Below, piece after piece: positions 48,657-61,524 of a stretch of 64,000 nucleotides of DNA. The first letter of the stretch is position 1. Every line of letters starts with the position of its first letter. Location: assembly GCF_009914755.1 (NCBI RefSeq), contig NC_060939.1; one strand, given 5' to 3'. This DNA comes from the human T2T-CHM13v2.0 reference genome, Homo sapiens. Under the pieces are notes generated by a model. It made no database searches, had not been told where the DNA came from, and saw only the letters and a list, made by a program, of their open reading frames with translations. The position numbers and the translations under genes were made by a program.

Positions 48657-49049
48657 TGTAAAGTTTAGTCTAAAGCTGCCTTCTTACATATTTTAGTTCA
48701 GCCTAAAGGTTTCTCCATTTATGGTGAACTGTAACCTCACTGAACATGTAAACAGGCTGTAACTTACCCTTGTACCAATCACAAAGTTTTGGCCAATTGC
48801 AGGTGGCCAACTGTTCAAGCCGTGTTCACGTAAGGCCAATGCCGAGCTGTAACCAGTCCAGTTGTTTCTATACCTTACTTCCATCTGCTGCATGAAACTT
48901 TCCTTTTTCTGTCTGTAAACTCTTTCCAATGACGTGGCAGCGCCAGAGTCTCTGAACCTACTCTGGGTCCGGGGCTGCCTATATCTCAACCGTTCTTTGC
49001 TCAGTTAAACTCTGTTAAATTTAATTTGTCTAAAGTTTTTCTTTTAACG
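48657..49049 (+). mobile_element. MER57-like ERV1 solo LTR
   Basis: aagtttagtctaaagctgcc...ttaaactctgttaaatttaatttgtctaaagtttttcttttaac; perfect 4-bp TSD CTGG; four CCAAT boxes. Confidence 0.88.
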
Positions 49050-49779
49050 CTGGGTGGTTCCTTAGGACCACCCAGCGTTAAAAGAACACGTTGCTGGGCA
49101 GGGGTGCTGTACTTGTTCTTGCTGCCCTGGGCCTGTTCTGGTGAGCCTGAGGCCCGGGAATGTGCGGTGGTCTTCCCTGGGACCCCCAGAGGCTGCTGAT
49201 GGCCACAGCCAGCTTGTGTGCAGGTCTAGGCTTTCTGCTTTCTGTCCTTTCTCCATTGCTTGGTAAGAACCCTGACAGGTAGCCTGGATCTTATTTGTCC
49301 CTTATTTGGGGGTAGACCCTATTTCTCCTCCCCTCATCTAATGGTTTGGCTTCTTCAAGGTAGATGGGCTTCCCAGATTGAAGGCATCATTGCTTCCTGA
49401 CTGCTGGGCCGGAGGTGGACCCAGACTGCACCCCCAAGGCCCATGGCTCTCCATCCTGGCTGCACAGTAGAGTCAGTGGGGGGAAATTTTTAAAAATATG
49501 TAGGGCCCGATCCCACTTAAACCATTTAAAACAAACTGTCTGGGGATGGGAGTTGGGCTTCGGTGTTTTTTGAAAGCTCCCTGCTGCTGTACCGCGCTGC
49601 CGTGTTTGAGAACCATCTCCTCAGATCCATGGCAAGCAGCCCTAGTTCCTCGAAGGCCATTTCACATCAGATACAATTATTTATAGGCAGAGTTTTTAAA
49701 AAGGATAAAATAACAATAAAAAGGTTTTGATTTCCAAGGGGTTACTGCAGCCATCATTGCCTAGCAAGCTCCCGGCCGC

Positions 49780-50560
49780 GCTCTAAGTTACAGAGGTGAA
49801 GAGAATTGAGGCAGTTCCGCCTCCCGGGGTTTTCTTCTGGGGGTGGAGACCTAGGTAAGAAAAATCACCCAAATGTATAATTAAAAACTGTGGGTAAATG
49901 CCAAAGGGGGCCAAAAGAGCGGTTCCTCCCCAGGGTTGGGCAAGTATGGGGTGGGGATAGGGCTGTGGTTAGAGAAAGATCCCCCGGGGGGAAAACATTT
50001 GCATGGAAATCGGAGGGAAGAATAAGGCTTCCCAGGTGGAGCAGGGAGGACCAGCAGGTTCCTGCCAGAGAGGAGTGTCTGCAAACCCCTGAGGCAAGAG
50101 GAGCCTGTGTCTTTGAAGGTCTGAACAAAGGCTCATTCCACAGAGTCAGGAAAGCAGAGGGGGCAGTATTTGGGGAAGAGGCCCAGGAGGAAGGGTAGGG
50201 GGGGCCAAGTTGGCCAGGCCCTTCTTGATGCTGAATGGCAGGAGGACTTTGAAGAAGTGACAGGGTCAGAGGTGCCATCCAGAAAGATCACCCTGATCAG
50301 AGCTGGGAGAATGGAGGTGCCGGGCAGGAGCAGATGCCAGGGCCTGCTTGGAGGCAACTGGAATACTCCAGGCAAGAGGACGGAGTCCAAGGCCAGGGTG
50401 GGAGAAGGGGTTGGGAAGCCCTGCCGGGGGTAGAATGGACTCAAGATTTGAAATTCGGGCAGGGAGTGGGAAACAGTGTCAGTCATGAGCCCCTGGGTGC
50501 TGCCTCATGGACCAAATGGATGCTGGTGCCATTGACTGCGATAGAATCCTGGGGAGCGAC
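49780..50560 (-). mobile_element. L2 fragment
   Basis: Purine-rich antisense L2 motifs (agaaagatcaccctg; ggatgctggtgccattgactg). Confidence 0.65.
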
Positions 50561-50562
50561 CA

Positions 50563-51763
50563 GAGCGAGGTGGCAAAGAGATAGAGAGAGAGGGAGAGAG
50601 AGAGAATTGTGTGTGTGTGTGTGTGTGTGTGTGTGAGCGAGGTGGCAAAGAGAAAGAGAGAGAGAGAGAATGTGTGTGTGTGTGTGTGTGTGAGCGAGGT
50701 GGCAAAGAGATAGGGAGAGAGAGAGAATGTGTGTGTGTGTGTGTGTGTGTGTGAGCGAGGTGGCAAAGAGATAGGGAGAGAGAGAGAGTGTGTGTGTGTG
50801 TGTGAGCGAGGTGGCAAAGAGATAGGGAGAGAGAGAATGTGTGTGTGTGTGTGTGTGTGAGCGAGGTGGCAAAGAGATAGAAAGGGAGAGAGAGAGTGTG
50901 TGTGTGTGTGTGAGCGAGGTGGCAAAGAGATAGAAAGAGGGAGAGAATGTGTGTGTGTGTGTGTGAGCGAGGTGGCAGAGAGGGAGAGAGAATGTGTGTA
51001 TGTGTGAGCGAGGTGGCAAAGAGAGAGGGAGAGAATGTGTGTGTGTTTGTGTGTGTGAGGTGGCAAAGAGATAGAAAGAGAGGGAGAGAGAATGTGTGTG
51101 TGTGTGTGTGTGTGTGAGTGAGGTGGCAAAGAGAAAGGGAGAGAGAGAATGGGTGTGTGTGTGTGTGAGCGAGGTGGCAAAGAGAAAGGGAGAGAGAGAA
51201 TGTGTGTGTGTGTGTGTGAGCGAGGTGGCAAAGAGAAAGGGAGAGTGTGTGTGTGTGTGTGTGAGCGAGGTGGCAAAGAGATAGGGAGAGAGAGAATGTG
51301 TGTGTGTGTGTGTGAGAGCGAGGTGGCAAAGAGATGGAGAGAGAGAATGTGTGTGTGTGTGTGAGTGAGGTGGCAAAGAGATAGAGAATGTGTGTGTGTG
51401 TGTGAGCAAGGTGGCAAAGAGATGGAGAGAGAGAGAATGTGTGTGTGTGTGTGTGTGTGAGCGAGGTGGCAAAGAGAGAGGGAGAGAGAGAATGTGTGTG
51501 TGTGTGTGTGTGGTGGCAAAGAGATAGAAAGAGACGGAGAGAGAGAGAGAATGTGTGTGTGTGTGTGTGTGTGTGTGAGCGACGTGGCAAAGATAGGGAG
51601 AGAGAGAATGTGTGTGTGTGTGCGTGTGAGCGAGGTGGCAAAGAGATAGGGAGAGAGAATGTGTGTGTGTGTGTGTGTGTGCAAGGTGGCAAAGAGATGG
51701 AGAGAGAGAATTGTGTGTGTGTGTGTGTGTGAGCGAGGTGGCAAAGAGAGGGAGAGAGAGAGA

Positions 51764-51803
<40 letters not shown>
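50563..51803. repeat. Compound minisatellite (VNTR-like), 23 units of GAGCGAGGTGGCAAAGAG-(GA-rich)-AAT-(GT)n
   Basis: 23 GTGGCA cores counted by eye over about 1240 bp; unit length about 40-72 bp. Confidence 0.97.
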
Positions 51804-51804
<1 letters not shown>

Positions 51805-51851
51805 TGAGTGCGTGTTTGTCTGAGATGTGTGTATGTTAATTATTAGCCCAG

Positions 51852-52192
<341 letters not shown>

Positions 52193-52284
52193 TTAAGAGA
52201 TGAAAGTGAGGAAACAGAATTTTACTTGTTTGGCCACAGAATATTATCTGGGCATATTTGAGAGGAATGAGGAGATAATTTTCT

Positions 52285-52780
52285 TTTTTAAAAAATGTTT
52301 TAGTTGACAAAAAATTGTATATGTTTATTGCATACATGTTGCTTTAAAATATGTATACATTGTGGAGTGGCTCCACTGAGCCCCTTAAGATAGGCATTAC
52401 CTCACATGCACATCATATTTTTATGGTGAGACTTAATATCTACTCTCTTAGCAATTTTCAGGAGTAAAATACGTTGTTATTAATATAGTCACCATGTTGT
52501 GCAATAGAACTGTTGAACTTTTTGCTCCTAATAGAAATTTTATTTTTATTATTCCTAATAGAAATTTTATTTTTATTATTCCTAATAGAAATTTTATTTT
52601 TATTATTCCTAATAGAAATTTTGTACCCTTTAACCAACATCTCTCCAAACCTCTCCCTCCCGGCAGCCCCTCGTAACCACCATCCTGCGCTGTACTTTCA
52701 TGCCTTCAGCTTTTTAGATTCCACATGTAAGTGAGATCACGCGGTGTTTGTGTTTCTGTGCTTGGCTTATTTCCCTTAAC
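52285..52780 (-). mobile_element. L1MA-type 3' end
   Basis: tactctcttagcaattttca...tatagtcaccatgttgtgcaataga...ttagattccacatgtaagtgagatca. Confidence 0.88.
52526..52622. repeat. 27-bp perfect tandem repeat, about 3.6 copies
   Basis: TCCTAATAGAAATTTTATTTTTATTAT repeated. Confidence 0.95.
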
Positions 52781-54419
52781 TTAAGGTCCTCAGGTTCGCA
52801 TGTGGAGGAGACAGTTTTCTAATCTTTAATCCTTTGCTTTGTGGAGTGTTTCCAGTCGCCTGAGTGGTTTTCCATGCATTTGCCATTCCGTCTCTTCTTA
52901 CACTCGGGCAGATATTATCATCATCATGACAGTTTTTAGAGCGGGGACTGAGACTCAGAGAGGTAAAGCCTGTTGTCCAAGACCACGCAGAGGACCAGGA
53001 TGTTGGAATCTGCCCTTCCTTGCCACTATTTGCTGCATGGCCAGTGTATGCTGGGCACTTTTCTAGGTGCCAGAGGGCACTGAGCTGAGTCTGGTGTTGG
53101 GAGGGGTGGGTCTGCGGCCCTCTCCTCCCACACCTGTGGGTTCTCTTCTTGCGCCGAGTGGGGCAGAGGAGATCCGGCTGAGGCAGCACTAGGCGCAGCC
53201 CCCACACTGCCTGCGGGGTGGCGGTGGGGATCTGGTGGCTTCTCTCTGTGGTTGTGCAGGTCTTGATGGCTTCTGTACCCAGAGCTCCTGCCCTGGACAG
53301 CAGGGGCTCGGAGCTGCCCATTCCCATTGTAAGGAGGCTCCTCTCTATGCTGGAGGGTACTGTCTGGAGGTGTTTGCCTCACTCTCTCCGCTGTGTTAAC
53401 TGAAAGGCAGGGTGCAGATGCGTGCGGAATCTGGGCAGCCTTGGACGCCCGCCCTTGAACTCAAAGTACGCACACCTTCCTCTTCCAACTTGGACGCCGG
53501 CTCCCTGGGTTCATCTTGGCCTTGGCCCTGTCCTTCTCAGGTCTAGTTCATTTCTTTTTGCTATCAGGCTGCAACTCCCATCCAAGGAAGGCTGGGCAGA
53601 ATCCAATAATGAGTAGATTTCACTGACGGTTAGATTGATTGTCTAATCTGGTTGTCATGGGGGCCAGCAGAGACAACAGCATTGAGTCTTCCAGCGCTGA
53701 GGACAAATAGGTCAGAAGCATGCTCTTGGGTGGCCCCTCAGCCTGTCTATCTCTAAGAGACCAAAAGACTCGGTATTTTGCAGCCACCTGGGGTTATGGC
53801 AAGGATGATGTCAGGTCCCCGAGGGGGTCTCTGAATGGCCCTTCTGCTCTTGATTTATGAAAAGCATTCTGGCACATGCTTTTCCTCTCTCTGTCTGTTG
53901 TCAGACAGCCTGAGGAATCCACTCCCTTCATCCCCGTCCTGTCTCGAATCTCAGCAACACTCTGGGAGGTCTCTCAGTGGCTCCTTCCTAGGTTTCACAA
54001 TCAAGTCTTTATTCCAGGCAATTTATTTCCAACCTAGATACCAACAGCACACGTTGGGATGACTATAAAGCTGACTGCAAGGACATCTCAGCCAGGCCCA
54101 GGCAGTGGATGGAAGTCTTAGGATGGAAGTGTGAGAGTTAAGAAATGATGTATTTCAATTGGAACATTTTTCAGATGGGGAAATGGAGGCATAAAAGGGG
54201 GAGGCATGTGGCCTGAGACTCTTACAGGCATGGGACACGTCCTTTTCTGGATCCTGCAGCCCAGTCTTTTCTCCACATCCCAGGGACTTGCTACTCTTCA
54301 TAACATCTCCTGTGTTCACAGCAGCATACGTGTACCTGCTGCTGTCGTCATTTGTGATAACTGCACACCGCTGGCCGCAGCCCGGCTCAGAGAGACTCAT
54401 GACCTGATTCTGAGGGACT

Positions 54420-54660
54420 GGTAGGAGCAGACGCTGTGGAGCGTGTTTGCAAGGGGCCAGGCTCTCCTCTGTGTGCGGTGAATTCAGTTGCTCCTCGTGA
54501 CTCCCGTGAGGAAGGCATTGCTATTATCCCCATGTCACAGACGAGGACTCTCTGGCACACGAAGGGAGAAGAGTTTGGTCCACATCACACACCCCAGAGT
54601 GGCAGAACCAGGATAGGAACCCACACAGTCGGGCTTTGACAAGGTGTTCTTAGCTTCTAT
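54420..54660 (-). mobile_element. MIR
   Basis: ctattatccccatgtcacagacgaggactct...agtggcagaaccaggataggaaccca. Confidence 0.75.
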
Positions 54661-56228
54661 GTGATGTGGCTTCCGAGTCAGCTCAGCTGGTGTTCCTGAA
54701 CCAGGTCTATTGCGAAGGAGCATGTAAGGTTCCAGGAGAGTGCAGGAGGTCTGTCTCATTTTGGAAAGGCCGAGCGACAGGAAAAACCACATAAAACCCT
54801 TGCTGATTTTTCTGCTTCTGTTACACCGAGTGTGGGTGCGTTGTGCTCTGTACAAAATAATGGTTTTTGTCAGACAGGGACGAGCCGCTGATGGAGGAAC
54901 ACCTTTCCTCCTAGGCTCTCCCTGCGTCAGGCGCAGCCTCGTCATCCTGCCCTGCCCAGTAATTTAGAAGAATAGCAGTAATGATGACAGCCAAAGCCAG
55001 CTGGATCCTCAGGGAGAGTCCTAGGAGGCAAACTATAATTATCTAAATTAGACTCTGAGGGGGACTTAAGTTTTACAACCTGTTGTTCTCTGCCACAGAG
55101 AGGAGTGTTGCTAATGTCTCTTTTTGCTGAAAGTGTGCCTTACAATGGAGTGTCTCACGGCTGATGTTCATATGGAAACAATGACACTTGCTTTTCTTTC
55201 TTTTTTGCCAAAACCCATTCAAAGAGTTCACTGTATCTCAGTGAAGGTTGAGAGGACTTCTAGAAACTTCCAGAAACTTACGAAAGTTTCCATGTTTGTG
55301 AAATGAATGTTTTGCCTTTTTCCTAAATTACATTCCCATCAAGAAGCAAGTAGTTCTTGCATATTCTTCCATCTCAAAGTAATCACTCACCTATTTCACC
55401 AGGCTGTTTTTTTGGAGTCTCAACTGGCAAATTTCTACAAAGTGCTCTTCTTCACAAGACTTCCTGTTACCTCAGGACCAGAGGTAACCATGAAGCTGAG
55501 GGCGGTGGGGCAGCCTCACTAGTGAAATGACTCCCTCCCGCTCACAAGCCTTCCATGGGGCTCACGCCACACCTCAGCAACATTACAAATGCCGACCTAA
55601 GTAACACGGGGGTTGACTTCAGACATTGTGGTCAGGCCGACTTGTGTTTAAACCTAGGCTTTGACACCGGTCGATCGTTCAGCCACATGCAGGTTACCTA
55701 AGCATGTCCCACGTGGCACAAAGCAGTTGCCTGAACGCCACACTGGGAGGCTTGTCTTAACTTTATCCTGGCTTCCACCTGCACTCGCCGTGATTCTGAG
55801 GGCTACTGACCCCAGCCTGGTGCTGCGTTTGGGCTCAAAAAATTGCAATGCTGTCAAGCTGCAGAATCTCTATTGCCCAACAGATACTGTTGTCTTGCCA
55901 AATAATTTTTAGTAATTTTCCACCCATCCCCCTTTATGTAATTTTCCATTTCCCCATAGCCCCTCTAGTCTGTTTTTTTTTTATTCCCTCCTTTCACTTC
56001 CCCATAATCCCTTTTAGTTCCCTCTCTGTTCTCCCTTTAGAAACCTCCATACCTTTGTCCTAGCTGGATTTGAGCTCAGTTATATTGGAGTCTCTTTCCT
56101 CTAAGGCAGTAGACTGAACAAAATGTTTTGCCGCCTTTAATGTGTGTCTGGCACTGGCATTGATGAAGGCTTAGCTTCTGCACCTGTAACATGAACAGGT
56201 GAGTATCTCTTCTTCTAACTAGGCACTA

Positions 56229-56638
<410 letters not shown>

Positions 56639-56731
56639 GACACCCCAAATACTCACAAGCGAAGTGACACTTGAAAGAATCTTCACATTTACAGGCTGAA
56701 GAAGAGAAACAAGGGAATCTTAAAAGTGAGA

Positions 56732-57259
<528 letters not shown>

Positions 57260-57981
57260 TTACATTGATATTAAGGATTTCTGGTCCAGTCCCTGGACAG
57301 AGTTTATAATAGATGACAGAAATGGGAGAAGGTCTTTACTCAGGAAAATCCTCAAATCCACAGGAAAAAAAGATGGCAACTTCTAACAAAATGGGAAAAG
57401 GATAGAATGAGGCAATTTTTAGCAGAAAAACCTCCCATCTCAAATAATAAACACATGATGAGGTGCTTAATATCTTAGTAATCAGATGAAAATTAAACAG
57501 CCACAAGCTACCACTTTACATCTGTTAGACTATATCTTTATTAGAAAGCTGGATAGTGCCAAGTGTGGTGGGAGATCCAGGAGCCTCCCCTCACTGCTAC
57601 GAGGAGACTGGATTGGAGAGCATGCGAATTGAGTATTGCCTACCCAAAGAGGCTACATCAACCCGGATCCTCGAACAAAGATGTTCTTTGCTGTGTCATT
57701 TGTAGAAGTATGGAATTCTCTCTCAGCTAAGAGATGAGGCTGACAAAGTGCTGTGGATGCACATGAAGTTTGACGCATCAATTACAGGAAACAGATCAGC
57801 CAGCCAACAGCGACATCGCTGGATCTCAACAACGCAGTGTTAGTGAGAACTCTAGGAAGCAAAATGAATTATCTATGCCATTTACATAGATTAGAGATAC
57901 ACCCATACAAATATATACAGCTTTTAAGGAATATGTGCAAAAAGCACTCTATTAAAGAGAATGAAGGTTGCCCAGAGGCAG

Positions 57982-58056
57982 GGGGAGGGGAAAGGGAGTG
58001 AGGGGATGGAGCTTGAATCTGGGGAGGGGAAAGGGAGTGAGGGGATGGAGCTTGAA
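57982..58056. repeat. 36-bp perfect direct duplication (period 39)
   Basis: GGGGAGGGGAAAGGGAGTGAGGGGATGGAGCTTGAA occurs twice. Confidence 0.95.
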
Positions 58057-59438
58057 GACAATAAATAAATAATAAGAGTAAAACCTTGCATGGTTACAGC
58101 TCTCAGACTGAGGAGTATGAAGATTTTAGCCTTTGGCACTGAGGTTAAACAAAAGCCATCATTTTGAGGGAAAGGACTACCTTTGTTTATGTACTTTATT
58201 GGGGTCTGGAAGGATGCCACATATGCTTAAATAATTAAGAATTTTTTTAATAATCCCATATAATGTTTATCATGTTTTCAAAGCTCCTTCCCATAGGTGG
58301 ATCAATTTGACTGTTACAATGACTATATAAATGAGTTCGTGGGGATATTTTTAGAAAATGAGGAAGCTGAGCCCATAGGGGCAAAGTGACTTGCCTAGGG
58401 TCACACAGCTGGGAAGTGTGACTCACCCCTTGGACTCTTAACCCTTGTCCAAGGTCTCAGGTCCCCAGGAATTATCACTACATCAAATGGAAAATCATTG
58501 CTCCTTTAAGGAAATTGAAATGATAAATGTCGTTTGCCTTGGATTTTTTTCACATGGACTTTTCTGTTTTCACTGCTTTTGTTGTGCTTAGATTTTGTTT
58601 TTGTCATTGTTAGGGGAGAAATTTTGCTACTTGTGTATCATGTCAATGGCTGTTAGCACTACAGCATAAAGTCCGTTAATGGGTTTAACAGAACTAATAG
58701 CAGCTATTTTTAATTTAAAAGTGTCTGTATGTATTTTTCTTATTTCAAACATAACTTATACTCCATTGGAACTCTCTTTTTTTCACCTTCCAGAGATAAC
58801 CGCTGGTAAGAGTTTGGCTTATATTCTTCTACATTTTTTTCCCCACAAGAAACTGAAATTTGAATTTTCTTCTACAAGTGAGAAAAAAAAAAAGTAAAAT
58901 CTCTAACTGTCTTAGTGATGATAATTCTGAGAAGACAGGCCCATTGAGCCAAGTAGGAGGATAGGTTTCCTGAGGATGGAGATGCAGAAATAGTTGACTT
59001 TGCCTTCACGAAGCATCCTGACATTTTTAGATGTGGCTACACTCTGTGGGCCGGAAGTCGAATTCCCTGGAGGGCTAGAGCTCTCAGTATTTTGGACATA
59101 TGTGAAGTCAGCACAGGGGGCAGGCGGTAAGTTAACTTGAAGAGAATTCCAGTTACAAATTTAGCTCAGCTTCTAAAAAACACTCCCATCGAAGAGAGAT
59201 TCCTGGTTGCTGTGGAACTGCGTCCCCTGTGGGATTTTCCTTGTGGAGTTAACTAGACACAGTTGTTACTAGGTAGCGGGACAACAGATTTGCTTAAGAT
59301 CTCTTCGATTTTGACAGTTTGATGATGGGTGACTTATGTGGTATTGTGGACATCTGTTGGCTTTATATTTTGCCTGCCAAGCATCCATACTTTCTTTTTT
59401 CTGGTATCCATACTCAATTTTTCTTCTGGTTCACCACC

Positions 59439-59876
59439 TATACCGGGTTGAATAATGCCTCCCTCCCCACCCCAATTCATGTCTACTCGGAAGCTCAGCA
59501 TGTGACTTTATTTGGAAATAAGAGTCTTTGTGGATATAGCTAGGATGAGGTCATCCTGGATTAGGGGGGGTCCTAAGTTCAAGGACTGGTGTTACCATAA
59601 GAAGCCCATGAGAAGACACAGAGAAGGAAGGAGAGGCAGAGACTGGAATGAAATAACTGGAAGGGAAAGAACACGGAGGATCGGGATTGTCAGCGCCTCC
59701 AGGAGCTAGGAGAGAGGCCTGGAACGGGCTCTGCCTCAGAACCTCCAGCAGGAACCAACTCTTTGGACACCTTGATGTTGGGCTTCTGGCCTCCAGGACT
59801 GGGAGAAGATGCATTTCTGTTGTTTAAGTCCTCCAGTTTGTGGTATTTGTTATGGCAGCCCTAGCAAATTAATATA
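59439..59876 (+). mobile_element. MLT1C-like solo LTR
   Basis: gggttgaataatg...tgtgactttatttggaaataag...ggcagccctagcaaattaatata; TSD CCACC/CCTCC. Confidence 0.88.
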
Positions 59877-59917
59877 CCTCCCATTTACCCTGTCAAAATG
59901 ATCCGGGGGCTAGTCTC

Positions 59918-60377
59918 TGTTGTGCTGGGCTCCTATTAACTTCGGTAGGGAAGGCATTAGGTTCAGGAGGATGAGGAAGAGACCCAGAGTCCTCAAATGA
60001 GACATGGGGTTTTATTAGCAGGAAGCTTACATACACAGTGGTCCAGTGGTGGTGGGCTGGGCAGGAGAACCACAACTGCTTCCAAAAGCATGTGGTTTGT
60101 ACAGCATTTTCACCTAGCACCCTCCCTGTAACAATCTCCACCTGGCAACCCTCGTTTAACTCAAAACAAAGGGCCTCAATGTCCTGCACAGGCCCTTTAC
60201 GTTCCATGCGTCAGGCTGGGGGCTCAGAGGTTTCTCGTAGCTAAGGAATGGATAAGGGTTGGCCCCTCCCATTCCTTAGGATCCTTGGAACACTAACACA
60301 CATTCAGGTGCATCTGCCATGCAGGGTCATTCTCAGGGTATGCTCAAGTCATCACTGTCAGGTGCGTCTACCATACG
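59918..60377 (-). mobile_element. LTR47-like solo LTR
   Basis: Reverse-complement homologue of 12366-13198 (cacacattcaggtgcatctgccat); TSD GTCTC/GGCTC. Confidence 0.82.
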
Positions 60378-61362
60378 GGCTCCCACCCCGCTTCCAGGAT
60401 GGACATGTCACACAGAGCTGAGCAGGTTACTTAGGACAGACACATCACTTTGCGTGGGCCGATAAGAATTAGTCCTGGAACTCTTTGTGGATTGTTTGGC
60501 AAAGAGGATCTTTTTATGCCAGGTCAGCCAACCTGGAGCTGCTGGAGGTCATCTTTGTTACCACACTCAGAGAGCCTATCTGGGAATGAGGCCAATGCTA
60601 AGGAAAGCAGAACAAAAAGATGGAGACACATCCCTGACACTATCACTTAGGTACCTAGATCCAGCTGTGCCTGAACCCCAATGGAGTGTTCACTTAAGGG
60701 AGCCATAATATCCTGAAGTGAGAGTGGGGGTTTCTATCACTAGTAATGAAAGGATCCTTACTAGTAAGTGTGATTTGGAGACAAGCATTCATGCTCATGG
60801 TCATTGAATGATAATCCTCAGAAACTCCTAGTTGACCCTGTTGGATTAATGGTTGCATTTTCTCTGGAGAGATAAAAATGGAAAACCAACAGAAAAACAG
60901 GAAGCTAACATAGGAAAAGGAAACAAACATTTGAGTGCTCAGTCCTGTGCTAAGCAGTTGACTTAAAGTCCTCCCACCCTTTCCTTCCTTCCTTCCTTCC
61001 TCTTCCCAGCAACAAAACTTACATAAGTTTTGTTGTCCATAAGTTAAAGAGGAGTGGCTTCAGACTCAGAGTGCGTTCAGGTCTGCTTGATTCTAAACCC
61101 ACCTGCCCCATCACCTGGGGAAAGAATAATGTTGGTTCCTTACAGGGGGTCTTTCTCTCGCTTTGCTGAAGGCATTGCCTGGGATTAAACTCCAGCCCCG
61201 CCCTTCACCCACTCAGGAGCTTGGCTGCCTCGCACTCTATAGGGTAGATGCTGATTATTGCTCCATCTTGAGGAAGAGGAAACAGAGGTTCTGAGAGTTA
61301 AATACCTTTCTCAAGGCCATGCAGTCATGAATGGTCCAGAGAAGAATTCAAACCTGAGCCCT

Positions 61363-61524
61363 CCATATTCAAAGTGTGGTCCATGGACTAGTAGTCTGGA
61401 ATCATCTAGAAGCTTGTTAGAAATGCAGAATCTCAGCCCCCTCCCCTCCACCTCCTGAATCCAATTCTGCATTAGAACGAGAGCTTCAGTGACTGGCGTG
61501 CACAAAGAAGTTTGAGAAGCCGTG
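61363..61524. mobile_element. MER5A (flanked by MIR fragments)
   Basis: tcaaagtgtggtcc...cttgttagaaatgcagaatctcag...aagtttgagaagc. Confidence 0.85.

Larger units (their letters stand above)
59345..60766 (+). mobile_element. MLT1K-like MaLR LTR, split by two younger LTRs
   Basis: 5' piece tgtggacatctg...gcctgccaagcatcc; 3' piece cctggagctgctgg...gatccagctgtgcctgaa. Confidence 0.75.

Noticed and set aside
50563-51803. CRISPR-like appearance (constant repeat plus variable spacer)
   Set aside because: The spacers are length variants of the same GA/GT microsatellites, not unique sequences. There are no cas genes and the context is primate.
52776-53327. 183-aa minus-strand ORF
   Set aside because: GC-rich stop-poor sequence running through a MIR; no recognisable domain or supporting signals seen. 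Not excluded, but unsupported.
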